This document shows positions 62,741 to 64,000 of a DNA stretch of 64,000 bases, piece by piece. The position numbers and the translations under genes are program-made. How positions within the stretch are numbered: the stretch's first letter is position 1; each line of letters starts with the position of its first letter. This DNA is from Tubiluchus corallicola (Eukaryota > Animalia > Priapulida). Under the pieces are notes generated by a model that searched no databases, had not been told where the DNA came from, and saw nothing but the letters and a program-made list of their open reading frames with translations. The stretch spans positions 434,001-498,000 of the forward strand of contig JAQGDQ010000005.1 in NCBI GenBank assembly GCA_030141605.1, given 5' to 3'.

Positions 62741-64000
62741 TGGGTTAATAATCTATTATCACTGATTCAAACCAAGAATATTAGGCTTTTTTGACTGTTA
62801 TTACGCTTTAGCTTAATGAAATTTGGCCAGTGTTTAGGAAGGATAAGTGGCATTACTGACTGTGAATAAGACCCCGTAATCTTGTACTATTTGGCCCTCA
62901 GTGTAGCCCTCATTAATAAAATAAAGCCCGAGTGAAAATAGTGAAAATAAAGCCCTCACTATATCATTACCCCTTTTTTCATAAATTTGAACCATATATA
63001 AAGTCTTAAGAAATGCCAACCCATTTCCACTGGACTTAATGACTCAGTGACTAGCTAGGCCAGAAACTGATAATTGTTGGATGTTGGCCAGGCCATGTGT
63101 CTGGGGAACTTAAGTCAAACTTTCAAAATTAGCAAAGCTTATAGCACCATCCAAAAAAGGAAATGTTCTTTGGGTAAAAACTAAGCACAGTTTCTGAAAG
63201 GGTGTTTCTTTGTCTGCCAACTATCTTCTGTCCTTTTGAAAAAGCTTGTAACTTAATATGACGTTCTTGGGTTCATAACTCGGATGGCTTGACCATTGTT
63301 GACCAGTGGTTATAGGACCTGGAAGCCATTTGATCTTCTTACATGCACACTGAATTTGGTCAAGTACGGCTTTCTTGTTTTTATTTATTAAAAAAAAGTC
63401 TGAGTCTTGGAAAATAACCATCATTGAACCAAAAGAATGCCATGTTCTGAATGCTTACATTTTGGGTACGTACATCACCATTTTGTGTAGCTAAACAAAA
63501 CCCGACTTGCAATTTTGACAGAGTGCATTTGATTACACATTTCACGGAACATATCTGTAGGAATTATGGCTTCCATTTACAAATATCATTCCATTTACAA
63601 TATTAAGTATAGTAAAGGTTTTAAGTGTGGAAAAAGTGCCTAACCATGGCAACCCTTCTTAGGTGGCTGTTGTGTGGCGCATCGTTAGATAAACAATTGA
63701 TTGGACTGTTATCACTATTTTGGCAGATGGTGTTTCTGTGATGAGACAGGGCTTACCAAAAGGTACGGGACTGACGTGGGTATAAAAAAGAGCCGTAGTA
63801 TGGCAACCCTATGTGAGTGGCAGTTGTGTGACACCTCGTGGGATAGAGAGTTGATCGCAGTATCACCACCATATACAGTACATCAGTTTAAATGTGTATT
63901 GTACTATTTCTAATAACTACTGGCAAAATGATAGACTGACGAAATGATATACTGGCAAAGTGCAGCTCTGTTTATGTATTGTACTATTTCTAATTGCTAC

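Noticed and set aside
1-64000. tRNA, rRNA or snRNA genes and the remaining short ORFs in the track
   Set aside because: No RNA gene was recognisable by eye (Infernal/tRNAscan would be needed). The other 60-120 aa ORFs are low-complexity, AT-rich, often start at TTG/GTG and lack exon context.

Overview
AT-rich eukaryotic (invertebrate, probably protostome) genomic DNA with spliceosomal introns; no prokaryotic features. Four protein-coding genes were reconstructed by hand from splice sites and reading phases. (1) A complete 16-exon FERM-FA gene, EPB41L5/yurt-like, on the minus strand (CDS 26835->3043, about 750 aa, ending in the PDZ-binding-like motif ITEI). (2) TMEM177 on the plus strand (31003-35483, 2 coding exons), head-to-head with gene 1. 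(3) A single-coding-exon CCSMST1/UQCC4-like gene (44067-44618). (4) The 5' part (about 1140 codons, 8 exons, no stop in the window) of a NO VEIN-family gene carrying two N-terminal LOTUS/OST-HTH-like domains and at least one GC-AG intron. Introns and intergenic DNA hold many non-autonomous DNA transposons (hAT types with 8-bp TSDs, MULE-like, Tigger-like, and a TGT...ACA Ginger-like element with perfect 38-bp TIRs), LINE remnants (L2, RTE, L1/Tx1), tandem duplications and microsatellites. The most interesting signals are the LOTUS-NO VEIN fusion, the TMEM177-EPB41L5 linkage also seen on human 2q14.2, and the palindrome-array Ginger-like element. All family assignments come from recalled motifs, not from database searches.
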